From the human T2T-CHM13v2.0 reference genome, Homo sapiens: a stretch of DNA of 64,000 nucleotides. Below, piece by piece: positions 39,501-54,076 of the stretch (its first letter is position 1; every line of letters begins with the position of its first letter). The position numbers and the translations under genes were made by a program. The stretch lies in assembly GCF_009914755.1 (NCBI RefSeq), contig NC_060947.1; one strand, given 5' to 3'. The notes beneath the pieces are model-generated. The model did no database searches. It saw only the letters and a program-made list of their open reading frames with translations, and had not been told where the DNA came from.

Positions 39501-40741
39501 GTCAGAAAAGAGAAGCCATGGTTTCCAGGAAAACTGCACTAATTTTAAGTTTTTTCTATGTTTGGCACAATTCCACTGCATTTCAAAATTTACTTTTTAA
39601 GGTTAGGTTAGTTATGAAAAATAGAAATGAGTAGTGGAAGTATGTTTCAAAATTGCACAAACCCAGAGTGGTTAACTACTTTCCATGGATGAATTTTTAG
39701 TATCACTAAAACTCCTGAAATTGTATGCAAATGTTTTGCAGTTAGGTGCATTTTGCTGGGGGCGGGGGAGATAATCTATAGCTTTCAACCGATTATCAAA
39801 TAGGTTCATGACCAAAAAAATCATAAGAACCACTGGCACATAGAATGAAAATGTTTCTTATATAAGCAGCTAAAGCCTGCAACAGCACAAGTAGCACTTT
39901 GCCTATCAGTGAAGCTACCCATGTTACAGAGAGCCCATTGCTTATCTAGCGCAAGCCAGTATCTTAACCTGTTACTGGCTGCCATTTTCTACTTACGCCA
40001 TTAGTTGAAAACAAAGACAGAACGAAAAGGGAGCTAAGAAAGAGCTTCTTTTCCATTCTACAAAAGGTTTCATAATGTAAAATAAATGTTTCTCTAATGA
40101 AGGATCAGTAACTTGGACAAATGCTGACTTTCACCAGATAAATATATGCATATCACCAAAAGAAAAAAGGGAAAATATTTACATACATAAATTACAGAGG
40201 AAGACAAAATGAAATTTATCTCAGTGATCTTATTTTTTTTAAATCCATTACATAAAAACAATTGTGATACGGAACAATGTCATATTCCACCAAAAATAAT
40301 GAATGTCAGTTGCATTTTTAAAACTCATGTCTTTAACACACCAGAAGAGCTCATTAAAGGAAAATAAAAATATTTTAGTTAAAAATAATGCGCGTGAAAA
40401 AATAATTCAAAACATAATAACAACTTTAAAATACACACTATTTCTTCATTTGTATTTTTAGTAAAATTCAAAGTAACAGTCACCGAAATAAGATAGAAGA
40501 CTATTTCCTTATTTTGTAAACTAAGTCTGAAGGTTAGTAATTCAGACTTAGTTAGGATACTTCTACATTTTCAAGGACCTAGGCTCTTTCTATCTGATTT
40601 TTCTGTCATCTGTGACTTCCACCCCCAAGTCATCTAGATCTGTAGCCATTACATTTACATTCTCTCCCACAGAAAGGAGGGAACGCTGAAGAAAAGCATT
40701 TATCTCCCCTCCTTGTTTAAAGACATCTCTCAGAAGTCACC

Positions 40742-41117
40742 TGTTACGGATTCAATTATGTGTCCTCAAAATTCCAGTACCTCAGAATGTGACCTCACTT
40801 GGAAACAGGATCATTGCAAATGTAATTAGTCAATACGAGATTGTTAGGGTGGGCCCTAAACCAATATTGCTGGTGTTTACATAAAAATGGGAAATGTGGA
40901 CACAAGCAGATGTGCACACAGGGAGAACACAGCCATCTATAAGCCAAGGAGAAAGGCTTGGTACAGATCGTTCTCTTGCAGCTTTCAGAATGAACCAACC
41001 CTTCTGAAACCTTGACTATGGATCTCTCGCCTCCAGAATTGTAAAACAATAAATTTCTACTGTTAAAACCATACAGTTTGTGGTACTTTGTTAAGGCAGC
41101 CCTAAAATATTAATATA
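40742..41117 (+). mobile_element. MLT1B-like LTR (within an LTR33-like remnant ~40480-41250)
   Basis: 'ccagtacctcagaatgtgacc...ggaaacagg...cctccagaattgtaaaacaataaatttc'. Confidence 0.75.
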
Positions 41118-41737
41118 TCATACAAAAACTTTTCTTCTTACATCACACAAGCTAGATAATACTCAATTCCATGGGCAAATCTAGCTTCAATAAAGCTAAG
41201 AATATAAGTCTTTTTTTCTGAACAGCCATCTGTTCAGCTAATGTTTGCCACAAAATGAAAAGTGTCTCCAGCCCTCACCACAGTTCCTCTCTCTCGTGTA
41301 TAAGCACAGTATACTATTTCTTTTGTAGACTTCCAGATATTTTATGGTTTTTTCGCACATAGTTTGGAAGTATTCCAAGTGATTCACCATGCACTCACCA
41401 CTCCTGCTTTCAACACGATTGATCAAAACCAACTTCATATTATACAGTAGAGTTAAAACCTATGCACTTCTGGGGCTAGTAGAGTTCAATGATCATTTAG
41501 CATATAAGGTATTTAGCACAACTTCTGGCATATAATATGTTTTAAATATAAGTTAGTAGCTTCTATAAAACAGGCAGCTTTACATGCCTATACTTTTTTA
41601 TCATCTGATTTAAACTGCATTTTCTCTGTAAAGTGTACATGTCCTCTTCTAGACCAAATTAATCACTTTTCTTTTCTCACTGAACTTATACATAACTCTA
41701 TCAAAAACACTAAAATGGACTAACACTTGAGGACTGT

Positions 41738-42092
41738 TGATATGGTTTGGCTTTGTGTCCTCACCCAAATCTCATCTTGATTTGTACTCCCATCATTCCT
41801 ACATGTTGTGGGAGAAACGTGGTGGGAGATAATTTGAATCACGGGGGTGGTTTCCCCCATACTGTTCTCGTGGTAGTGATTAAGTCTCATGAGATCTGAT
41901 GGTTTTATCAGGGGTTTCCGCTTTTGCATCTTCCTCATTTTCTCTTGCTGCTGCCATGTAAGAAACGCCTTTCGCCTCCTGCCTTGACTCTGAGGCCTCC
42001 CCAGCCATGTCGAACTGTAAGTCCAATTAAACCTCTTTTTCTTCCCAGTCTTGGGTATTTCTCTATCTGCAGCATGAAAATGGACTAATACA
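41738..42092 (+). mobile_element. Solo THE1 LTR (THE1A-like)
   Basis: 'tgatatggtttggct...aaaatggactaataca'; 5-bp TSD actgt/actat. Confidence 0.92.
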
Positions 42093-42279
42093 ACTATTTA
42101 AGTTTATAAAGACTTTATACATTATCTCAGCTAAGGCTTATATTCCCAACTCCTGGATACAGATGAGAGAAACTAACACTTAGCTCACTGGTAAGCATGA
42201 TGAAGCTGAGATTTGAATACAACCCTTTTTATGAAAATTCTATGCCAATTCACTAAATATTATTTATTGTAATTCTCAC

Positions 42280-42897
42280 AGTGGTAGGCAGAATTTTGGC
42301 CACCATGACCTCTACTCCCTGGTGTTACTCTCCTGGATGTGTTAAGTTACATGGCAAAAGAGATTTTGCAGATAGAATTATTTTTACTAACTAGCTGACC
42401 TTAGAATAGGCAGATTATCCTGGATTATCAGGGTGGGTCCACTATATTGACATTAGCTCTTAAAAACAAAAGAGAAAGGCAGACATGGAGGTCATAGAGA
42501 TCCCAAGCATGAGAAGGGCTCAACACATCATTGTTGGTTTAAAGATAGAAAGGGCCACATGAGTAGGAATACAGGCATGTTCTAGTAGCAGCGAATAGCT
42601 CCCAGGCAGCCAGCCAGCAAAGAAACAGATACCTCATTTCTACAGCCTCAAGGAAATGAATTCTGCCAACAACTTGAAGCAGCTTGAAGGCAGATCTTTC
42701 TCACAGCTTCCAGCTAAAAGCTTCGCCAGGCCTGCCACCTTGACTTTGTCCTTGTGAGACCCTAAGCAAAAAACTCAGCTGAGCCCTATTGTGCATGGAC
42801 TTCTAACTCATGGAAACTATGAGAAAACTGATGCATGTTGTTTTAAGTTGCCAAATATGTGGCAATTTGTTATGGCAGCAATAAATAAATAATTCAT
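42280..42897 (+). mobile_element. MLT1D/E-like MaLR LTR
   Basis: 'gtggtaggcagaat...ttacatggcaaaagagattttgcagat...ggcaatttgttatggcagcaata'. Confidence 0.8.
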
Positions 42898-43029
42898 CAA
42901 TTTACTTGTCTGTGGCCTGAACTAAATTATGGGTTGCTAAAGAGCTGCTATTCATTTTAACCAACCCACCCCAACCGAACCACCGCATACAGCCTATATT
43001 CATAATTGTCAGTAGTAGTAGTCAATAAA

Positions 43030-43260
43030 TTACTGACTAGTGTTTATTGAGCATTTTTGTGTCAGATATTATCACATGTAAGAATACACTTAATTTGCAC
43101 ATTATGAAGTAGGTGGACTGCTAGTCCTATTTTATAGAGGAGGAAACAGGTTTAAGTATCACAGACAAAGTCAAACAGCTAGTAAATAGCAGTGTCAGAT
43201 TTTGAATCCAGGTGGTCTGGTTCCAGAGTCTGTTCAACACTAAGAACCACTATGCTATAT
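43030..43260 (-). mobile_element. MIR SINE
   Basis: 'cctattttatagaggaggaaacagg...aaagtcaaacagctagtaaatagcag...gattttgaatccagg'. Confidence 0.75.
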
Positions 43261-43382
43261 GGTCCATTGAATAAACACTCACTGAATGTATATTAAATTG
43301 TTTGTGGAACATCATAGGAAGTACTTCCTCTTTTAGGAGGAAAAACAGGTATTTAAAGAAAAGGTCTGTTTTGGCAATTGTT

Positions 43383-43520
43383 TTAACAGAGTTTCTCAAA
43401 TTTGCTCCAGTCTCTTTACCTAGATATTTGCATTCAGTAGGTTTGGTATGTGGCCAGGAAATCTGCCTTTTTCAAAGCCCCAGGTGATTTTTATGCTAGG
43501 GTCAGGCTGGGAAACACTGG
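43383..43520. mobile_element. MER5-type hAT MITE
   Basis: 'ttcagtaggtttggtatgtggccaggaaatctgc...ccccaggtgattttt...gggaaacactg'. Confidence 0.65.
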
Positions 43521-46500
43521 CATATATCATCCAAGTGTTGATTTAGTAAATAATTGAAAACTTTGGTTTTAATAATATTCTAAACAAGTTAACAAAGTAA
43601 ATAAGTCACATAGTAAAGTTCAAGGCATTATTTCTCCTTTTAGGTTCCTCCAAAATAGGATAAAATGTTATGGAAGCTCTGAATTTTAAAGGACGGCTGT
43701 TTGTGAGAAGAGCCACCGCAGCCCAATTAATTTAAGTATCAGATTCAGGAATACATTGGAGACTTGAAAACTTTTCATATTTTTAAAATGCAAGCTTTTC
43801 CGGTCTTTTGAATTAAAAAATAGATCAGGATAAAAGTATAAGTATTTAAACTCAGTTCTCTCTATATTTATTTTAATCAGTATCGGCAATTTACGTGACT
43901 TGTTATTAAAGTAAAGGGGCCTTTTAAACAGTGCTAAGGTATATTTATGTATGTTTTACACGGAATATTTTATCACAAGCTTTGAATGAATTGTTTTATT
44001 GTACTGAATTTATCATAACAAGTTATTTATTACATGTTCTCTTATTCGTGTTGTTATCCTGCTCAGTGAAAAATAATTTATATTTTCATGACATTTACTT
44101 GTTGATAGTAGTTTTTATAACCTCGAATTTTGGTTCTACTATTCATTTTTATCCATGAGGATTTGTGATTTAAAGATTTTACAACAGTCTCCTGAGTTTT
44201 ATGCATAGTGAATCATGATACTGGAAAACTTTCTCCTGTGTATGAGGTCAATAGTAGAATGTTATTATTATATTTTACAATTAAGTATAAGCGATAAAAA
44301 GTTTAGCCAAATTTTAATTTAGTAAGGAATACTGTATACCTAACCATTTGCATAGAAATTATATTTTCATTGTTTCATATTTATACCAAAGACAGATACC
44401 CAGTATTCAGATGAAAAGTTATGACAGATTATTCTTGATAATCCATTTTGTTCCTATTTGTTATTTAATTTTGTTCCTATTTATTTGGTTACATATCATA
44501 AAACAAATGCAATTGTCCAAACTGAGAAAATCCAACTGGAATGCTCTAGTTATGGGAGAACTTATATTCATAATTATAGGCTGAAAGATACATACCATAC
44601 TGAAGTGTTTCTGTGACCAACAAGGAAAGATTAAATTATGCCTAGCACATAGTTTGTATTCAATCTATTTTATTTGTATTCTAATTCTATGAGTAATATT
44701 ATATATATTGTTTATAATAAATATCCACTAAATAGGCTATTAAATTCCTCAAAATACTTCATTTCTTTACATTGTTGGATAACAATTTGTCATACTACAT
44801 CTTTAGACATTCTTTTACTTTTTTTTTTTAAATTAAGGCTCGTTATTAGTTGCAGCTGTCAGATGTTCATTCTGAAAGGTGTAGCAGAGAAGTTGAGGAA
44901 TCTTGAAGTGCCTTGACAAGCCCTGATGAGCCTCGTTATTTCTGCAAGATGGGTGCAGAGAAGAGGGAAAGGATGCCAATTCAGTAGGTAAGGGACTCCA
45001 GTTTCCCCTCCGGACTTTTCCCAAACTAAAAATGCCATCAATTAGTGCTCCATTTATGTTAAACGATCTATTGTTATAAAAGGCAGACAAACTTATGAGG
45101 TTTAATTTTTATGCTTTTTCTTTTTCATTCCTTTATGCTTATCTGTTGTTACTGAGCTGCTAAGGAATGTTTGCTATCACATGAGAACTTACAACGTAGA
45201 ATTCTATATTTGGCTATCTCTAGCTGCTCCCTTTTCACTGCTGAATCTATCAACTTTTGCTAATATACCTTACCTTAGCTGTATCTTCAAATATGCTATA
45301 GTATGAGCTGTTATAAAGCAGTTAACAAAAATCACTAAATCAGCAAATGTACTTTTAAAAATAAAGCTAAGTCAGTTGGTTGCCTCATTATGACTTGAGA
45401 GAGGTACTTTGGATGAAGCTTCTGAGCATTTTCACTGCTCAGTGGAATGTTTTGTTTATTTTGATTCTGTGAAACTCATAGCTGAAATGTGAAAACTGAT
45501 GAATGGAAGTATTAACTATACTAATTATGTTTGGGCTATCAGGATAATAAGTCAACCACACAATCTTAATATTGGAGATTTTATGCCATTTTGATTTTCC
45601 ACAGATATAAAAATATATATTCCATCACCGCTTCCACCACTGACAGTACAAAGCCAAATATAATAATAGGCTACTATTGTTTTCAGAGTATAACGGTAAA
45701 CAATGCTGAAGGTATAACCCATACATAAAACAGTATGTTTGTATATTGCACAATAATAGTAATAACCTAAGTCATGAATCAGCATCAATATGTAAGTTTT
45801 TACTCTCTCTTCCTTGATTATGGGTTTTTTGATGATGTAAATGCTATCATGTTCAATTTTCCATCCTTTCATCCCCAACCTTATGCAGTGCATTTTCTCT
45901 AATATACTAGGCACCAATTAATATTTTCTGAATAAATGACAATCCAGATTATCCACAACTTTTCCAATAATATAGCTATGTTATCAGTAATAGAGCTATT
46001 TAGAAAATTATACTGTCTTTGAAGACAGAGGCCTTGTCTAATTCATCTCTATATTTTTCTTATCTCCTCACATAGTTCAGTGAACAAGAATGCATCAATA
46101 AAACAATTTTTAATTTAACTGAATAGAACTAAGTGAGTAGAGAAAGGGACTAATGTGACTAAGACCATGCAGTTTGAATTCACACATAGTATATTCATAG
46201 GCTGTTTCTCTAAACCTAATTTATGTCAACCCTCGTAAATGTGTGCTATTGATCTTAAAATGAATGTACCAGAAAAATGTTCATAATTTAAAGTAGTGTT
46301 TGTCAATCTGCACTTGGAAAAACCTGGGGTTACACAGAGTGTCCTCAAGGAGAAAAATAAAAGTGGAAAGTGGGATTTCTTGACCCCTTCTGAAATGATT
46401 GGCTTTTTATAGCTAAACATATTATACTTCTAAGTTTTCATGTCTATAAAGTGCTCCTGGGATTTAAAAAATTGAAAACCACTTGTCTAGAGCAACCTAT

Positions 46501-47149
46501 CCTTATTATTGAATAAACAACAGGAATTGAAGCCCTCCCAAGAATAACAGAATAAACTAGAGTTTGCCATTTAAGGGTAAGTGCATAGAAACTCAAAAGG
46601 GGACTTCTCTTTGATTTTTTTGGTCCTTTCACTATGGTAAAAAATTCATTTCACTTTCACCAGACGAATATGGAAAGTAAAAATGTGGATTTCTTACGGA
46701 TTTTTAAAACAGTCCTAAAAAGTACATCCTATTAAAGTATTGAAACTTTAGGAGCTAGAACTATCATGCCAAAAACATTTGGATCAATAAGATTGAGGTC
46801 ATAATTAGTGCTCTATCATATTATGTAAATGATATTAAAATTAAAGACTATTTGATTCCACCAAACAAATATGTTTTTCTGTTACATTGAGAATCTCAAT
46901 GAGTAAGAAGATCAAAACAGCAAATTTTTCTCAAAGATGAAAATCAACTTAAAGAAAAAAAAGTAAACTTTTCTAATATATTTTCTTGATATCTATTGGA
47001 GTTAATATATAATACTTGAAAGTGTTTATTTTTTCCACGGATAGTAATACATCAGAAAGAAATGAGCAGTCTTTGGTAAAGCATCTTATTATTGCAAAAG
47101 GTATTAAATGGTGTTCTCTGGAGCTCTTGTGCTACTGTCTTAACAAGGT

Positions 47150-47879
<730 letters not shown>

Positions 47880-50287
47880 TGAGTTGTGCTCTCATGTTTC
47901 AACCAGGGCAGCTCTGATTTAATTTGTTCCATATAATTGACTTCTGCTCAAGAATTTGATAAAACAAGATTGCTAAGAAAATAAAGCCTTAATATTAATT
48001 GCTTCAAATTTTGTATATTTATAAGCAAGATAAACTAAATAAACATTTCTTATAAATCACTTATGGTCCTCTCCTTTTTTTTTCTGAGACCTCTAAGATC
48101 TGATTAAATGACCACACATCCTGATTTGCCTGGAAGAGTTTATAAACATGTTGTCTCATTTTAATAATTAACATTGTCCCCTGTCACTGTCACAAGTGTT
48201 CCATTTGGGCTATAGGTTATATGATCACTCTAGTTCTGACCAACTTTTCACAAGTACAACCTCAGAGTCCCTAGTATTCTTCCCTCAGAACATGTCTCTT
48301 GCCTCCGGCCCAAGGGTTTTCTGTTGACACGGCCATAAATGAGATCAGTGCCCTTGCCCATATGGGAGCAACCTAGAAATATAGAAGAAATAAAGCCAAA
48401 TGAGTCAACCTTTGAGCAACGGAAGATAGGAGTCAGGGAAGAAATTATTTCTTCTGTTTTCTCCCACATCTTTCCTTTCTTGGGACCGATTATAAATAGT
48501 ATGTATAACATGGAGGATGGGAGTGTAAGTAATCAGTTCCAAGCATCAGGCATTCAGTCACATTTAGCAGTGGCCAGCTCAATAACACATCTTCATATTA
48601 ACTCTTTCTCTATTCCTGATTTTCTCTTCTTGTCCCTCATCCTTGCTCCTTGCGATAGGACTCCCTAACAAAACAATAGCACAGATGCCCTCTGCAGGGG
48701 GTTTACTTTCTGTTGAATACAGGCCAAAATAATACCTTAACATAGAAAGCTTAAATATGTCAGGCTCTGCCAGATTACTTGTATCAATAACCATCATAAT
48801 AATATCTTTTCAGGTAAAGCTACTTGTACCCCACTGAAAGCTAATCAATATGGAACCAATCTTTAATTTAAGTAAGGGAGATTTAGGGAACTCTATTTAA
48901 GCATGAATCATCATGTGATCCTATCCTAAATCAAGCATATTTTTTTCATAACTTGGCTTTTGCCTTTAGAATATCTTTAAGATACAGTCATCACCGTATA
49001 CCTCATTTCTAGGAACCAGCTATGTTGTCACGCACCTTTTGCTTATGCTCCAGATTATCCATCAGAACAAATGCTTATACCAATTATTTTGTATTCTGTG
49101 TGCAGATCAATTTTTAGGTCCTGTCATTTTTCTTCTGAAATTTTCAGCTCATCCCATTTCAATCTATGTCATAAGAAATAGCAAATAATCTGTTCCAAGA
49201 CCACAAATGAGAAAAATCAAGGCATGATCACAAGTAAAATCCATTCTCCTGGGTCCAAGCTCATTGCTCTTTCTACTTAAAATAGCTAGGAAATACCACA
49301 TATACAAATGCAGAACTAAATTTTCAGTAAATCACTGTGGTGTGAAGCTACTGAGGGTATCAAAACACAAAATGTATATATCTAAAGAAATTTAAAAGAA
49401 AAAATCTCTATTAGTAAGTAATTTGACTGTGAATGGAAAAATAAACAGTAGCCTCCACTGTTCAATGTGTTCTTTCAGCCAAGAAATGCTAAACTTTCAA
49501 AGTTTTTGACATAAAATTCTTTCAGACCATGGGGTTATCCAACTTTAGTGTACATAATACACATTTGCAGGTTCTGGTAAAATGCAGATTTTCCAAATTT
49601 CATTCAACACAGATCCAGATTCCATAGGTCTTAGATAAGGCCCAGAAATCTGCAGTAACACTGAATACAAAAATATCAACTCTGACACAAAAATATCTAT
49701 AAAACTACATGTGGGCTTGAGGGGAATATAAATTAAAATAACACCAAAAGTAGGCTGAAACTTAGCCCAATTTTAGAATTTGGAAGTCCATTTCACAAAC
49801 AATGAAGTCTACGGAGCTGAATTAAGAATGTAATTGATAGCCCATATATACTTTGACATTTGAAAGGGAACAAATCTATCAGGTGGAAAGAAGGTAGAAA
49901 ATATGTTACGACTTCTCTCAGAGTCCATACAAACAGAAAACTGGGCAACATTTTTTCTACTACCGATATAATAGAGATACTGATTTTTAGAAGAGCCACA
50001 ATTACTGTACTCCCCATACCCACCATCAATATATACCCCAACTATAGCTGTTTGGAGACTTTGACTCCCCAAAAATGACTAGGTAAGAAATATGGTGAAG
50101 TTGTCTCTGGTGAGCTTTTTTTATGTGTAGGAGTCAGGATAATTAAGGAAGGAAGTGTATTTCCATAATAAAAGCCTGCAGCTCAGGGCAGAGTTGGAAA
50201 GACCACAAATAGCATATTAAGCTGGATTGTAATTGTGTGTGTGTGTGCACTGGCACATGTGCATATGCGAAATTCACTGGTTTGGGA

Positions 50288-50465
50288 CAGTGATTCTTAA
50301 ACTTTATTGTATATCAGAATCACCTGGGGGGCTTGTTAAGCCACAGATGGCCATACGATTTCTAATTTAGTAGGTCTGAGGTGGAGACTGATAATTGGCA
50401 TTTCTAACAAGTCTACAAGTGATGCTGATACTATATGTTCAGAGCCACACTTTGAATATCATTAG
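50288..50465. mobile_element. MER5A hAT MITE
   Basis: 'cagtgattcttaaacttt...tcagaatcacctggggggcttgttaa...catttctaacaag...ccacactttgaa'. Confidence 0.8.
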
Positions 50466-51625
50466 TTTATAATGCCAAAGTGTCATGAAATTGGAAATAA
50501 TCTTAATTGAGAAAAGCAAAAATCCACAAAATGAAAGCATGTTAGTCACTAAAAGTTAGATTAGGCTCTACACCATTCTACTTCCAGTAAGACATCTGAG
50601 AAGTGATTCCACCTGTCCTGAGATGGAAAGGGCAACCCATACGTGCTGCCTGGAGTCAAACACTGTGTTTGGGTAATCTTTCCTGACACTAACACTGAAA
50701 AAATAGTAAAAAGTCAATTTGGAAATTATTAAAAAATAATTTAGGTCGTATAAAATGTTACATCATTCGAGTTGCAGAAAAGCATACCTCTGAAAAAGAA
50801 ACCAGAAAAAATGTTAGAAAATTGTTTGGTGTCATCAACAGGTTAATATGGTACATAAGAATGAGCTATAAAGAATCACAAGGGAGCATAAGAATGTAAT
50901 TTTTTAAAGGGCTGCAGAGACAAGTATATAGATGTAAAAAATGCTGGACAAAATAAAGAAGTGTTTTAGAAAATTACAGTTGCAATAGCAGAATTAAAAA
51001 CTACATAGCAGAGAATAACAGGCTTCCACTGTATGCTGTAGCACCTAAAATATTCTACTGGTTAAAGAATGAATATGCAGACAATGGAAATAGATTAGAA
51101 GCAGATACAGTATAGTCAAATACTGACATCTGATAAAGGTACCATTTCCAACCAGAGAGTAAAAGATATATTATTCAACAAATGCAATTGGTTAACTATT
51201 GGAAGAAAAATTAGCTCATTTTCTCACATCATATGCCAAAATAAATTCCTCACTTAAGAAAATGAAAAAATTAAACTACACAAAGAGAAAGAAATATAAG
51301 TGAAAGATTTGATCTTGGTGTGGAGGAAGTTGTTCCAGGTATGGTAGCAAAGGGATAGGTAATTGCTCAAAGATAAGAATGAAGCAATAGTTTTGAATAC
51401 ACTTACATGTTAAAAATAAAACTTCTGCATGTGAAAATACACAATAGAAAGGAAAAAAATGTAAACCATTAAATTGGATCAAAACTTTCAATATACTTTA
51501 ATATCCACTATGTCTAAAATGCCTATATATTAATATAAAAATGGAAAAACTCTATATAAAACTGATATTCAAAAAATGCAAACAGATAATGCATATAAAA
51601 ATGTATTTACTCTTAAAGGGATTTT

Positions 51626-51941
51626 AATTTAATTTATTATTATTATTATTCTCATTTTTGAGACAGAGTCTTGCTCTGTTTCCCATGCTGGAGTGTATTT
51701 GTGCAATCTCAACTCACTGCAACCTCTGCCTCCAGGGATTCAAGTGATACTCATGCCTCAGCCTCTTAAGTAGCTGGGATTACAGGTGCCTGCTACCATG
51801 CCCAGCTAATTTTTGTATTTTTAGTAGAGATGTGTTTCACCATTTTGGCCCAGCTGGTTTCAAAATCCTGGCCTCAAGTGATCTACCCACCTCTGCCTCC
51901 CAAAATGCTGGGGTTACAGGCATGAGGCATCACGCCCGACC
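51626..51941 (-). mobile_element. Full-length Alu (old S/J) within L1ME remnants
   Basis: Antisense Alu with (ATT)n tail; TSD ttaaaggga(a)tttt at 51613-51625 and 51942-51955. Confidence 0.93.
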
Positions 51942-54076
51942 TTAAAGGGAATTTTACAGTAAAATTAAAACAAAAGTACAATATCAGTTTTTGACTGTCA
52001 ACTAGTCAAGGATTAAAAACACCACCAATAATAATAATAATGATAATAATACTCAGATCTGGAAGTAGTAAAGGGAAAAGCCAATACAATGCTTATAAGA
52101 ATATAAATTAGCATTACCTTCCTGGAGAAAAATTTGAAAATATACATCAAGGGCCTTAAAAGTTTTCATAATTGTGGCTCAGTATTTTCAATTCTAGAAA
52201 TTTATTCTAAGTAAATAATGAACTGGGCAAAAAGATTTATGTATCAACAGAGTAATAAATAACAGTATTATTTATAATAGTAAAAGTGAAAAAATTCCCT
52301 TAATGTTAAAGCAATAGTAAACTACTTAAAAGAATTGTGGTTTCCTGAAGCACTATAATAATAAATAGTCATATAAAATATATAGAAAAATATTTGATGA
52401 AAAAACATGTTTATTTAGTAGTCTTAAATGAAAAGAACAAGTTACAATATTTTCTTTAAAATATGTTTATATATCTATATATGTTTGTTGATTTGGTGGG
52501 CTGTGTTTTTAGTTTGTTTGTTCATTTTGCACGGTCTTTAGATCAACTGCAAAAAGATTTTTAAAAATGTATGATTATGGAGCAGCACTGAAGATAGCCA
52601 ATTAGAAGCAGCTGCAGTCCACAGCACTCACAGAGAGGAATGAAAAGGGGCAAGTGAATTCAGCACCTTCAACTGAAATATCTAGGTTCTTGTATTGGGA
52701 ACAACTAGGCTATCAACTGGACCCACAGAAAACAAAGAAAAGCAGGATGGGGCGACAGCTGACCAAGGAGCAGCATGGAGCCAAAGGACTCCCCACCTCT
52801 AGCTAAGGGAAGCAGTGAGTTATTGTGCAACCCTGCCCAGGAAACCATTCTTCACCCAGGGTTCTTTGCAACTTGGGATCCGGAGATCCCCTCCTGAGCC
52901 CAGGCAACCAGGGCCTTGGGTCTGAAGCACAGAGCTGTGTGGAGTCTCAGAAGAGCAGCTGCTCAGGCACACACAGAGACCCAGAAGTTTTACATACTCT
53001 GGCCCCAGGATTCCCAGCAAGGTGGCAGATCCATCCATAGATTCCCCGAAGAAGGGGGCTGAATTCAGGGAGGGCCAAAAAGCATCATTCTGTGCGTCCC
53101 ACTTCCACAGCACCTCACAAGACCTACTGGCTTGAAATTCCAGCCAGCCAACAGCAACAGACTGAGCCTGCTAGAGACAGGAGAGAGCTGGGGGAGCAGG
53201 GCGACGTGGGTGGGTAGGTGGGGAGGGAGGGGCAGCCGCTGCCATTTTTGCAGTTCAGTCAACTCAGCCTTCCAGCCAGGCTGGCTCCAGAGAGTCCAGG
53301 CGGCCCCATGAGGAGAGGTTCCAAGCAATGGAGCACACCTGCTTTGCCAGATCATGCCCAAAATGTATTTACTCTTAAAGGAAATTTTATTTTATTTTTT
53401 ATTATTTTATTTCTTCATCTTTCTTTCTTTATTTCTTCTCCCCACTTCTTTAAGCAGGACCTCTTTCCATTCCTCCTCTTTGGACAGAAGGCCTTTAGTG
53501 ACTCCAGCCATGCCTATATGGACAGAACTCTGACCTCTTCCAGGGATAGAACACCCAGGGGGAGGAGCAGCTGCCGTCACTGTGGTTAGTGGACTCAGCT
53601 CTTCCAGCCTGCTGGCTCTGGAGAGTATGGGAGCCCTGGACAAGGAAGGGTCCCCCCCAGTGCAGCACACCTTCTCTGCCAAAAGCAGCCAGACTGCTTC
53701 TGTAAGTGGGTCCCTAATCCCGTTCCTCCTGACTGGGTGAGACCTCCCAACAGGGGTCTCTGGACACCTCAAACAGGAGCATTCAGGTCAGCAACAGGTC
53801 AGTAATCCCCTGGGATGGAATGTCCAGAGGAAAGAGTTGGCTGCCATCATTGCTGTTTTGCAGCCCTCACTGGTGATACCTTCAGGTATGGGAAAAACTG
53901 AGGCAACTAAGGTCTGTAGTGTATCCCAAGAAAACTGCAGTAGCCTTATGGTTGCTAACCATCAGTGGCCTGACTGTAAAAGAAAAACAAACAGAAAACA
54001 ACAACAAAAAGACACCATAAAAGCCCCATTCAAATGTGAGCAACCTCAAAGATAAAAGGTAAATAAGCCCACAAAG

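Noticed and set aside
41712-41723. 'aaaatggactaa' just upstream of the THE1 LTR, matching the LTR's own 3' end
   Set aside because: A 12-bp AT-rich match outside the TSD with no further LTR similarity; most likely chance.
49910-50090. Donor-like TAG|GTAAGA and an A/C-rich segment suggestive of an exon or NUMT
   Set aside because: No convincing acceptor and no recognisable mitochondrial gene translation.
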